Source: a virus. From it: a DNA stretch of 64,000 nt. Position numbers and translations under genes: made by a program. Below, piece by piece: positions 34,201 to 42,549 of this stretch. The number at the start of each line of letters is the position of its first letter. Position 1 is the stretch's first letter. The DNA lies in IMG/VR virus record IMGVR_UViG_3300031963_000020, positions 64,001 through 128,000 of that record; one strand, given 5' to 3'. The notes below the pieces were generated by a model. The model worked only from the letters and a program-made list of their open reading frames with translations, was not told the DNA's origin and searched no databases.

Positions 34201-34637
34201 CACTATTACCTGGTGGAACAGTATCATCATCAGCACAATATCCTGGTTGGGTAACAAGTTCTGGTCAAATTGATTACAACTCAATTACTAATAAATTAAG
34301 TGGAGTTGTTTCATCATCCGCACAGACAGTTGCATTAATTGCATCACAAGATATCGCACCGGCAACAGTAAATGCAACAACGATAAACGCATCTATCGTA
34401 ACAGCATCAAACTTAACTGCAAATCAAGCAGTATTTACAAATGGTAGTGATGGATTGGTCAGTAATGCAATTACCGGAACTGGTAATGTGGTAATGAGTG
34501 CAAGTCCAACGTTAACAGGAACATTTACGGCAGATAAATCAATTATGTCTGGTTCACAATTCTCGGGAATAGTATCAGGTAGTGGATTAGAGTATAGATT
34601 GGTGGTTCCTGTTGGAACTAATCAATACGCAACTTAA
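31281..34637 (+). CDS. Tail fibre-like protein with SSSAQ and NLYYTDARV repeats
   Basis: Repeats shared with the preceding fibres; C-terminus nearly identical to that of 26659..31167. Confidence 0.8.
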   Translation: MSLLKVNNIELATSGSTNVTFNDDVTFGAAVNISSGSITASFAIANASIEKEKLTNDARDFVNILNKPAGLISSSGQFVSAISGSSLELGGILATGSIRTTSVFSGSGAQLFGIPNAALNNSSITINGGAVSLGGTRTLTTSDITEGTNQYYTDARVKSKLDSETVVSSSGQINYQAVTGQPTVNTFGGDGNQSFTIVNGIFISASGGADGIIVTNDSGNQLLRFRTVGGTVSSSAQVTAALPAGVVSSSTQVQPLLPGGTVSASAQYPGWVTASSQIDYNSITNKLSGVVSTSAQVQPLLPADTVSASAQVKAFLPDGTVSASAQYPGWITSSTQVVQSLPGGTVSASAQYPGWVTASSQIIVQNTTGIGAIATTGSNTFIGNQIISGSTTITGDLTVQGTSSVTYVTSSQLNVGSNTITLNTTDVLRYGGLTVFDSASAGQSGSLLWDSVNNVWLYVHAGTSNTSSILITGPENTGALGSEQFLTPNLLPKAGLTGDHIVNSQISDNGTQVGIVGGLKVTGSITSSHIVPAVTDTFDLGSPTLKFRDLYLSGSTLYLGSLAIRDNGGALSIGPSGSAIGTNSPVSGAFTGSFQGNGSQLTNIANAALPGGIISSSTQLPAGTVSASSQYPGWVTASSQIDYNSITNKLSGVFSSSTQIANNLPAGTVSSSGQINAGATANFATAVAAQLGTVHSGSFMSTATTNNLPEGVTNLYYTDARVKTKMSGDVVHSGSFLGTATTDNLTQGSTNKYYANSLVLSYIDSLSVLSSSQQVVNRLPIGTVSSSNQISNVLVTSASYAATASLALGVSGSLAVSTDGLNEGSINLYYTDARVKTKLNAENVHSASFLGTATTTNLTEGINLYFTNQRAKDALPGVVSSSAQVPTLLPGGTVSSSAQYPGWVTASSQIDYNSIQNKLSGVISSSTQVKPLLPDGTVTSSAQYPGWVTSSTQVVWSSVNYNAGIVSSSGQVQPLLPGGTVSSSAQYPGWVTSSGQIDYNSITNKLSGVVSSSAQTVALIASQDIAPATVNATTINASIVTASNLTANQAVFTNGSDGLVSNAITGTGNVVMSASPTLTGTFTADKSIMSGSQFSGIVSGSGLEYRLVVPVGTNQYAT

Positions 34638-34655
34638 TAAGAGGTTTTATTAAAT

Positions 34656-35510
34656 ATGGGTCTTAATGAACAAATTCTCGCTGGGGCAGCAGCACTAAAG
34701 CGTGAAAATATAATAATTCCAATAGAAACAGCAAGTGTTCAGTATACAGGGTCAATTGAAATGGGCCGTGTATTTGCTATTACTGCTGTGCAAGGTTCCA
34801 AAATCTGCCGTATAAGATTATATATGGATTCTGGTAGTCGTAATGACGGCACGGAATTAGCAAGACCATTTATTTCGCAAAGTATCCCATCGGCAATTAG
34901 TTTAATAACAGATATTAGTTTAGATAACGAATCGTTATTTCGTTTGGCTCCTCCTGTCTTTGGGGTGAACCTTGACAATCCTATTAAGAGTAGTATATAT
35001 TACACTATTGATTCCAGTTCTGGAGCAAATCTAGATGCTGGAGATAAAATAACACTTACTAGATTTTTGATGGAAGATCCTGCGGTAAGTAATTTAGTAG
35101 GAGTAGATACACACAAGACATTAATTATTAGTGCATCGGGATTAGCATCTGGTAGTCACAGAACTGGTAGTATTAGTTCACCACGAACATATCTAGCATA
35201 CGCAGTGGAACCAACAGTTGCACCTATTAGATTACGACTATACACTAGTCAAAGTTATAGAGACGATGTTGGTGAAATTTCTAGGTCATTTACAACAGAA
35301 CCATCACAGAGTAACGGACTTATCGCTGACTTTTATATGGAAGATGTTGCAAAGACACCAATGACACCTATACTCATTGGTAGAAATGATGCAGATTTAT
35401 TAAATCCAGCATTATTGTCGGCAGACCAAATAACATATTACACAATTACAAATGGATCTGGCACAGGAACTATATCTGGGTCAGTTTATATATTTTCACT
35501 AGAAGATTGA
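34656..35510 (+). CDS. Hypothetical virion protein with internal two-fold repeat
   Basis: RIRLYMDSGSRND..E.ARPF vs RLRLYTSQSYRDD..E.SRSF; both halves end in (I/T)YYTI. Confidence 0.6.
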   Translation: MGLNEQILAGAAALKRENIIIPIETASVQYTGSIEMGRVFAITAVQGSKICRIRLYMDSGSRNDGTELARPFISQSIPSAISLITDISLDNESLFRLAPPVFGVNLDNPIKSSIYYTIDSSSGANLDAGDKITLTRFLMEDPAVSNLVGVDTHKTLIISASGLASGSHRTGSISSPRTYLAYAVEPTVAPIRLRLYTSQSYRDDVGEISRSFTTEPSQSNGLIADFYMEDVAKTPMTPILIGRNDADLLNPALLSADQITYYTITNGSGTGTISGSVYIFSLED

Positions 35511-35517
35511 GGTTATT

Positions 35518-36183
35518 ATGAGTGTACAAATGTTTCGTGAGTTACAAGAACTAATCGATACGGCACAACACATAGTTATTGCTGTTATTGTGGCCGAAGG
35601 GTGTGAAAATTACAAGGGTAAATTCTTGACTGATTTGGAAAATCAAATCAAGGGTCAACAGAACCCAGTACATTTACACACCATTTGTTATCGTGAAGAA
35701 CCAATTATGTTTCCACGCCCAATGACACAAGCGGTGTATTATTTCGCACCAAAAAATTATACACCACTTTTTTATCGTCAAGGTGCAAGAGCGATGGACG
35801 CACCAATAGATATTGTAACGGCCATCAAAATGAGGCAGGGGATGTCCTATGCAGAGGCTGCATACGGTGCGGATAAGATGGAAAGTTACGAACGAACAGA
35901 AAATTTGGTAAAGAACGAAGATACATCAAAGTTTCCTTCATTGTTTCAACAAGCACGTAATTTTGCAAAAGAAATGTGGCACGCAGGTAAAAATGCAGCA
36001 GTTGGATTACCTGTATTAGTAGATGCGGATATTGCATACAATAGATTTGAAACGTGTCGTGGTTGTGAATTTTTAACACAAGATAGTTTTCGTTGTGAAA
36101 AATGTGGGTGTTTTATGAAAACAAAAACACAAATTGCAACTTCTTCATGTCCAATTGGAAAATGGCACGCTATAACGCAGTAA
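35518..36183 (+). CDS. Protein with C-terminal Cys-rich zinc-finger-like domain (DUF6171-like)
   Basis: RFETCRGC...CEKCGCFMKTK...CPIGKW. Confidence 0.6.
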   Translation: MSVQMFRELQELIDTAQHIVIAVIVAEGCENYKGKFLTDLENQIKGQQNPVHLHTICYREEPIMFPRPMTQAVYYFAPKNYTPLFYRQGARAMDAPIDIVTAIKMRQGMSYAEAAYGADKMESYERTENLVKNEDTSKFPSLFQQARNFAKEMWHAGKNAAVGLPVLVDADIAYNRFETCRGCEFLTQDSFRCEKCGCFMKTKTQIATSSCPIGKWHAITQ

Positions 36184-36228
36184 AAACAAAGTAGACAACT
36201 TGTTGGTGAATATTTATATTAGAATACT

Positions 36229-36960
36229 ATGTTAAGATTTTTTCCGTATAGAACATTTAGTTCGTCATTTGCATTCACGGGGTCCGCAGCACAAACTGCA
36301 TCATTCGTGCTGTCTGGAACCACCGCATCGTTTTCACTAACTGGTGGTGGTCCAACTGGTCCTGTTGGGCAAACGTCGGTAGTACAAGGTATTACAGGTG
36401 TATCAGGACCAACAGGTATAGGTCCAACAGGTCCACGTGGCACCACAGGTCCAACAGGCCCAAGATCAGCAACAGGTCCAACAGGACCAACTGGTATTAC
36501 AGGACCAACTGGCGCTACAGGAGCAACTGGAGCTGCATCAACTGGTCCAACAGGACCAATAGGAGTTTCAGGTAGTACAGGTCCAACAGGACCAACAGGT
36601 GCAACAGGTATTATCGGTATCACAGGTGCAACTGGTCCGACAGGAGCAACAGGTCCAAGTGGTCCAACAGGTATTCAAGGTATTGCAGGGCCGCAAGGTG
36701 TTACTGGTGCTACGGGTCCAACTGGTGCAATTGGTGTCGCAGTATCAGGTATCCAAGGTCCAACAGGTGTAACAGGGCCGTCAGGTCCATTTGGTTCTTC
36801 TGGTCCACAAGGTACAATTGGTGTTACAGGTCCAACAGGACCAACAGGTGCACAAGGAACCGCATTTACAGGGCCAACAGGTGCAACAGGTGCAACTGGT
36901 GCTACGGGTCCAACAGGAGCTGTGGGAGCTACTGGTCCAACTGGTGCGAACACACCATAA
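36229..36960 (+). CDS. Collagen-like protein 1 (FFP N-terminal motif)
   Basis: MLRFFPY...SSSFA then ~200 aa of G-X-Y. Confidence 0.85.
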   Translation: MLRFFPYRTFSSSFAFTGSAAQTASFVLSGTTASFSLTGGGPTGPVGQTSVVQGITGVSGPTGIGPTGPRGTTGPTGPRSATGPTGPTGITGPTGATGATGAASTGPTGPIGVSGSTGPTGPTGATGIIGITGATGPTGATGPSGPTGIQGIAGPQGVTGATGPTGAIGVAVSGIQGPTGVTGPSGPFGSSGPQGTIGVTGPTGPTGAQGTAFTGPTGATGATGATGPTGAVGATGPTGANTP

Positions 36961-36975
36961 TAGAGAGAAAGTGTT

Positions 36976-38619
36976 ATGACGTTTAAATTTTTTCCGTTCG
37001 GTGTACCAACTACTAGTTCGTTTGCAATAGGAGTCGGAGTAACAGCTACCGCATCTATTGCAATTAATAGTGGTTCTGCGTTCTCTACGGCGTCATACGC
37101 ACTGGGTGGGTCCACGGGTGCCACAGGTCCAAGTGGTCCGCAAGGAGCAACAGGTCCAACAGGTCCAACGGGTCCAACAGGCATTTCTGGATCAACTGGT
37201 GTTTTGGGTACTTCTGGTTCAACAGGACCACAAACGTCAGGGTCAACAGGTCCGACTGGACCAAGTGGTATTACTGGAGCAACAGGTCCAACAGGACCAA
37301 CTGGTATTACGGGTTCTACGGGTGTAATAGGTATTACAGGACCATCTGGTATTCGTGGTGCAACAGGTGCAACTGGAGCAACAGGTCCAACAGGCCCAAC
37401 AGGTAGTGTTGGTATAACTGCTGGTATCATAGGTGTATCAGGTGTTACAGGCCCAACTGGTTCATCTGGTCCAACTGGTGTACAAGGAAGCACGGGTCCA
37501 ACTGGTGTGGGGCCAACTGGAGCAACAGGTGCAACGGGTCCATCTGGTTCAGCAGGACCAACAGGACCAGTGGGACCAACAGGAGCAACTGGTGCAATCG
37601 GACCATCTGGATCTTCTGGTCCAAATACATTCGGAATAGTTGGTATAACTGGAGCAACTGGTCCTACTGGTGTTATCGGACCAACGGGACCACAAGGAAA
37701 CGCTGGTCGAGCTGTATTTTTCATAACAGGATCATGTAATCAAACACATTCCGATATCACCGTTCCTCACAGTGACGTTGCAGCAAGTCATACTGATATC
37801 GCAGCAGCACACACAGATACTACCATTAATGCATCACATAGTGACATTGTTACCACAACACCAGCATCACATACAGATAATACTACACCATTCGTAAATA
37901 CGACTATTAACGCATCACATAGTGACACAACAATTAATGCATCACATAGTGATATTGCGCATAGTAATATTACAATTAACGCCGCACATACTGATAATAC
38001 CACACCATTTAATAATATCGCATTTACTAATATTGCAAAATCACATACGGATATTTCACACAGCAATATATCACATACGAATATCGGAGCAGCACATACA
38101 GATAATACTACACCATTTAATAATATCGCGTTTAGTAATATTGCATTCACAAATACCACTATACCATTTAGTAACATAGGATTTAGTAATTCGTATACTC
38201 CACATTCAAACATTGCTAAAGGTGCAGTTCATAAAGACGATTACGGTCCACCAGCACATACAAATAGTACAACACCACATAGTAATATTGCATTCTCAAA
38301 CACAGGATTCTCTAACTCGTATACTCCACATACAAACGTGGGTCATACGGATATTGCGTTCTCTAATACAGGATTTAGTAATAGTTATACTCCACATACT
38401 AATATTGGTTCAGCTCACACCAACACTACAATCAACGCATCACACACAGATAATTACACGGCACATCAAAACGTAGCGCATGGAGATATACCGTTCGTGA
38501 ATAGTTATACACCGGCACAATGTTCGCAATGTCCTGGTGGAGATCCGTCTGAATGTGATTCGTTCTGTGAATGTTATCCAAACTGTGGTTGCTTCGGTAA
38601 TACGTGCATCGGTATATAA
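36976..38619 (+). CDS. Collagen-like protein 2 fused to (H/F)-x-(N/D) array and 8-Cys C-terminal domain
   Basis: MTFKFFPFG; ~200 aa G-X-Y; 38 (H/F)x(N/D) motifs; CSQC...[13 protein letters not shown]...C tail. Confidence 0.85.
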   Translation: MTFKFFPFGVPTTSSFAIGVGVTATASIAINSGSAFSTASYALGGSTGATGPSGPQGATGPTGPTGPTGISGSTGVLGTSGSTGPQTSGSTGPTGPSGITGATGPTGPTGITGSTGVIGITGPSGIRGATGATGATGPTGPTGSVGITAGIIGVSGVTGPTGSSGPTGVQGSTGPTGVGPTGATGATGPSGSAGPTGPVGPTGATGAIGPSGSSGPNTFGIVGITGATGPTGVIGPTGPQGNAGRAVFFITGSCNQTHSDITVPHSDVAASHTDIAAAHTDTTINASHSDIVTTTPASHTDNTTPFVNTTINASHSDTTINASHSDIAHSNITINAAHTDNTTPFNNIAFTNIAKSHTDISHSNISHTNIGAAHTDNTTPFNNIAFSNIAFTNTTIPFSNIGFSNSYTPHSNIAKGAVHKDDYGPPAHTNSTTPHSNIAFSNTGFSNSYTPHTNVGHTDIAFSNTGFSNSYTPHTNIGSAHTNTTINASHTDNYTAHQNVAHGDIPFVNSYTPAQCSQCPGGDPSECDSFCECYPNCGCFGNTCIGI

Positions 38620-38645
38620 TAAATGTTTATAATAGGGAATAAATA

Positions 38646-39422
38646 ATGCCAGGTCCAACACATACAAATATAGGCCACTCCGATATAGCGTTTGAGAATG
38701 TCTACGCTGCGCATACTGATTTTACACAAAATCCGGCACACACTGACAATACCACACCATTTAATAATATTGCAGCAGCTCATACCAATATCGCTCATAG
38801 TAATCAGGCATTTCTTAATACTTCATTTAGTAATATAGCAAAATCACACACCAATGTATCACATACAAATATTGGGCATACAGACGGTACGGCAGCACAT
38901 ACAGACAACTATTCACCAGCATCGCATTTAGATAATACTAGTGCACACTCAAATATCGCAGCAGCTCATACAAATATTGCACATAGTAATATAGCAACAT
39001 CACACACAGATATATCTCACTCAAATATATCTCATACTAACATCGGTGCATCACACACTGACAATACCACACCATTTAACAATATTGCGTTTAGTAATAT
39101 TGGGTTCGTAAACACCACTATTCCACATACTAATATTGGTCACACTAATATAGGTGCAGCGCATTCAGATAATACAACACCAGCAGATCACAGCGATATC
39201 GCATTTAGTAATATTACGATTAACGCAAGTCACACGGATATTACAATCAACGCAAGTCACACGGATATTGCAGCATCACATACCGATACTACCATTAACG
39301 CATCACACACGAATATAGTAAGTACCACTCCAGCTTCACATACCGACAGTACAACACCATTTACAAATAGTACTACACCACACTCAAATGTTGCGGCCGC
39401 TCACAGTAACGCATTCCTATAA
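38646..39422 (+). CDS. (H/F)-x-(N/D) repeat protein, mirror partner of 36976..38619
   Basis: 38 motifs; spacing is the reverse of the upstream array at 34/37 intervals. Confidence 0.85.
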   Translation: MPGPTHTNIGHSDIAFENVYAAHTDFTQNPAHTDNTTPFNNIAAAHTNIAHSNQAFLNTSFSNIAKSHTNVSHTNIGHTDGTAAHTDNYSPASHLDNTSAHSNIAAAHTNIAHSNIATSHTDISHSNISHTNIGASHTDNTTPFNNIAFSNIGFVNTTIPHTNIGHTNIGAAHSDNTTPADHSDIAFSNITINASHTDITINASHTDIAASHTDTTINASHTNIVSTTPASHTDSTTPFTNSTTPHSNVAAAHSNAFL

Positions 39423-39428
39423 TACACT

Positions 39429-40292
39429 ATGTCGCAATTTTTTCCACTAGGTACACCAACAACTGCAAGTACAGCACTTATCAGTAGTTTAGCATTTACC
39501 GCAACGTATGCTGTGAATGTGAATGTGTTGACAGCATCATATGGTCCTGGACCAACTGGACCACAAGGTGATAAAGGACCAACAGGACCACAAGGTGCAA
39601 CTGGATTGGCAGGGTCAGGTTCTACAGGACCAACGGGCGCAACAGGTCCAACTGGGCTAACTAGTTCAGGTCCAACAGGTCCAACAGGACCGCAAGGTGT
39701 AATCGGTATTACTGGTATTACAGGCCCAACAGGTGTCACAGGTTCTACAGGCCCAACAGGTCCAATAGGAATTACTGGTGTAATTGGTGTTACAGGTATT
39801 TCTGGTGTAACTGGTATTGCTTCATTTACTTCGGGTTCCACAGGCGCTACTGGGCCAACTGGAGCAACAGGTGCTACTGGTGTGGTGGGTATTACTGGTG
39901 CAACTGGTATTATTGGAATCACAGGACCAACAGGATTGACTAATTTGGTGGGCATTACAGGTCCAACAGGTCCAATAGGATTACCAACCACGGGTTCTAC
40001 AGGTCCAAGTGGTCCACAAGGAGCAACTGGTGTTGTAGGTACTGGTGGTGTTTCTGCAGGAGCGGCGGCATCTGGAGTCATCGGTATTACGGGTATTACT
40101 GGTGTACAAGGTACCACAGGACCGCAAGGAAGTCGTGGTGTGGACGCCGAATGTCCAGCAGGATTTGTAACCTGTACGGAAGGGGCTCCGTCATCGGGGT
40201 CAAATACATATACAAACCCAAATAGTAGTATATATTCTGTGGTTTGTGCCGCAAGACCAGTAGGTTGTTTAGGAACATTTACGTGTGTATAA
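39429..40292 (+). CDS. Collagen-like protein 3 with Cys-containing C-terminal domain
   Basis: MSQFFPLG; ~200 aa G-X-Y; CPAGFVTC...C...C...C. Confidence 0.85.
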   Translation: MSQFFPLGTPTTASTALISSLAFTATYAVNVNVLTASYGPGPTGPQGDKGPTGPQGATGLAGSGSTGPTGATGPTGLTSSGPTGPTGPQGVIGITGITGPTGVTGSTGPTGPIGITGVIGVTGISGVTGIASFTSGSTGATGPTGATGATGVVGITGATGIIGITGPTGLTNLVGITGPTGPIGLPTTGSTGPSGPQGATGVVGTGGVSAGAAASGVIGITGITGVQGTTGPQGSRGVDAECPAGFVTCTEGAPSSGSNTYTNPNSSIYSVVCAARPVGCLGTFTCV

Positions 40293-40364
40293 CGTTATTT
40301 TATAAGTAAAGGTATGGAAAATACTACTTATATAGAGGTAGACGTTATGTGGAGAGTTTAATAT

Positions 40365-41558
40365 ATGGCTAAAGCACCTGGTAGTATTTGGGTAGATGGT
40401 GAAACCTTTAGATTTATTGACGCAACTGGAAACGAGTACTATTACACTGGTACTGCGGGGTCTAGTCCTGCGGGAGCTAAGGCTGGTTCAATTTGGGTAG
40501 ACGGAAATGATTTTCATTATATTTCTGCTACTGGTGTTGACCGTACAATTGCATACACCGATTTGGGTGTAGCAGCGGGATCAAAACCAGGTTCAGTATG
40601 GGTGCAAACCACATTCTGGCAATGGATATCATCGGCAGGAAACGCTCGTCGTGGTCACACCGACGTAACAGCAGCACACACCGACAATACCACCCCAGCA
40701 TCTCACACAGATATTGCATTCGTTAATACTACAATTAACGCGGCACACACAGATACTACAATCAACGCAAGCCATACAGATATAGCAAAAGCACACACGG
40801 ATAACACAACACCAAATAGTCACACGGACAACACTACTCCGTTCAATAATATTGCGTTCGTTAATACTACAATCAATGCCGCTCACACGGATAATACAAC
40901 GAACGCAAGCCATACAGATATAGCAAAAGCACACACGGATAACACAACACCAAATAGTCATACTAACAGCTATACTCCACATAGTAATGTCGCACACACC
41001 AATATTGGTGCAGCGCACACGGACAACACTACTCCGTTTAATAATATCGCATTCACTAACACCTATATTGGTAACAGTCACACCAACAGTTATACTCCAC
41101 ACAGTAATGTCGCACACACCAATATTGGTGCAGCGCACACGGACAACACTACTCCGTTTAATAATATAGCATTTACCAATTCATATACAGGTAATAATCA
41201 CACTAACAATTACACACCACACACCAATATCGGTCACAGTAATATCGGTCATACTAATATCGGATTTAGTAACATAGCATTTAGTAATATTGGATTTACC
41301 AATACAACTATCAATGCATCACACACAAATATCAGTCATAGTAATATTGGTGTATCGCATACAAATATCGGTCATAGTAATGTTGGATTTAGTAATTCGT
41401 ATACTGGACACACAAACATTGCACATAGTAATATAGGCGTATCGCATACAAATATTGGACATAGTAATGTTGGATTTAGTAATTCGTATACAGGATTTGT
41501 AAATTCTTACACACCACAAAATCACACAAATTCGTATCAGGGTGGTCCTTCAGCCTAA
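40365..41558 (+). CDS. Protein with three GS(I/V)WV repeats and a 44-motif (H/F)-x-(N/D) array
   Basis: KAPGSIWVDG, KAGSIWVDG, KPGSVWVQ; array from 40656; SD GGAG. Confidence 0.85.
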   Translation: MAKAPGSIWVDGETFRFIDATGNEYYYTGTAGSSPAGAKAGSIWVDGNDFHYISATGVDRTIAYTDLGVAAGSKPGSVWVQTTFWQWISSAGNARRGHTDVTAAHTDNTTPASHTDIAFVNTTINAAHTDTTINASHTDIAKAHTDNTTPNSHTDNTTPFNNIAFVNTTINAAHTDNTTNASHTDIAKAHTDNTTPNSHTNSYTPHSNVAHTNIGAAHTDNTTPFNNIAFTNTYIGNSHTNSYTPHSNVAHTNIGAAHTDNTTPFNNIAFTNSYTGNNHTNNYTPHTNIGHSNIGHTNIGFSNIAFSNIGFTNTTINASHTNISHSNIGVSHTNIGHSNVGFSNSYTGHTNIAHSNIGVSHTNIGHSNVGFSNSYTGFVNSYTPQNHTNSYQGGPSA

Positions 41559-41578
41559 TGCATGAAAAGGAATAATAT

Positions 41579-42484
41579 ATGAATCATAGTAATTCGACAA
41601 CACCAGCATCACATACGAACATCGGTGCATCACATACTAATATCGGGTTTAGTAATGTGGGGTTTAGTAATAGTTATACTCCATTTTCAAATGTTGGGTT
41701 CGGTAATGTCAATGCATCACATACTGATATTGGATTTAGTAATGTGGGATTTGCAAATTCTTACACACCATTTAGTAATGTAGGGTTTTCCAATAGTTAC
41801 ACACCAAATTCACACACTAATATTGCACACAGCAATATTGGTCATAGTAATATTGGATTTAATAATATTGCGTTTAGTAATATCGCATTTGGTAATATTG
41901 CAAGAACACATACCGATAACACTACAAATGCAAGTCATACCAACATTGGTCATACAAATATTGGTGCTGCACACACGAATAACACCACACCATTTAATAA
42001 TATAGCGTTTAGTAATATTGCGAAGGCACACACAGATAACACTACAAATGCAAGTCATACCAATATCGCGCATACAAATATTGGTGCTGCACATACGGAT
42101 AACACCACACCATTTAATAATATAGCGTTTAGTAATATTGCGAAGGCACATACGGACAATACTACAATTGCCTCACACACGGACAATTACACTCCGCATA
42201 CAAACACTACAATTAATGCGGCACATACCGACAATACAACACCAGCATCACATACGGATATCGCACATACTAATATTGCTGCAGCACATACGGACAATAC
42301 TACTAACGCAGCCCATACGGACAATTACACCCCGCATACAAACACTACAATTAATGCCGCACACACGGATACCACAATCAACGCAAGTCATACCGACATT
42401 GCGCACACTAATACAACAATTAATGCTGCACACACGGATAACACCACACCACATAGCGACCAACCAGTATTTGTTGGTCCATAA
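41579..42484 (+). CDS. (H/F)-x-(N/D) repeat protein, exact mirror partner of 40365..41558
   Basis: 44 motifs; 43/43 spacings are the reverse of the upstream array; SD AAGGA. Confidence 0.85.
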   Translation: MNHSNSTTPASHTNIGASHTNIGFSNVGFSNSYTPFSNVGFGNVNASHTDIGFSNVGFANSYTPFSNVGFSNSYTPNSHTNIAHSNIGHSNIGFNNIAFSNIAFGNIARTHTDNTTNASHTNIGHTNIGAAHTNNTTPFNNIAFSNIAKAHTDNTTNASHTNIAHTNIGAAHTDNTTPFNNIAFSNIAKAHTDNTTIASHTDNYTPHTNTTINAAHTDNTTPASHTDIAHTNIAAAHTDNTTNAAHTDNYTPHTNTTINAAHTDTTINASHTDIAHTNTTINAAHTDNTTPHSDQPVFVGP

Positions 42485-42491
42485 TTAGGGC

Positions 42492-42520
42492 TTGACAAGT
42501 GGTGTGCGGTGTTGTATATT
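42492..42520 (+). promoter_or_regulatory. Sigma70-type promoter for the radical SAM operon
   Basis: TTGACA-17 bp-TATATT, 29 nt before the ATG; SD GAGG. Confidence 0.75.
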
Positions 42521-42549
42521 ATAAAATGATTTATTAATCACGAGGTTAT

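Noticed and set aside
38600-41600. Stop-codon readthrough joining each mirror pair into one protein
   Set aside because: Partners are in different frames (gaps of 26 and 20 nt) and each downstream gene has its own ATG with a purine-rich upstream sequence; no slippery site seen.
37747-42484. DNA inversion or inverted repeat as the cause of the mirror symmetry
   Set aside because: Both partners are on the + strand with motifs in normal N-to-C order. The reverse-strand translations are Cys/Val/Met-rich and unrelated, so the symmetry is at the protein-register level only.
37747-42484. T4 gp37-type iron-binding needle
   Set aside because: That fold uses paired H-x-H motifs; these arrays have H-x-D/N and F-x-N instead. 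It remains only a loose architectural analogy.
20990-42484. CRISPR array or non-coding tandem repeats
   Set aside because: All repeats are in-frame coding repeats with synonymous variation; no constant repeat with unique spacers and no cas genes.
26659-42484. Diversity-generating retroelement acting on fibre tips
   Set aside because: No reverse transcriptase in the window and no template/variable repeat pair differing only at adenines was seen.
20880-42488. Many antisense and alternate-frame ORFs over the collagen and His-repeat genes (e.g. 36675..37724 -, 39401..40117 -)
   Set aside because: Shadow ORFs caused by repetitive codons lacking stops; no RBS or independent coding signal.
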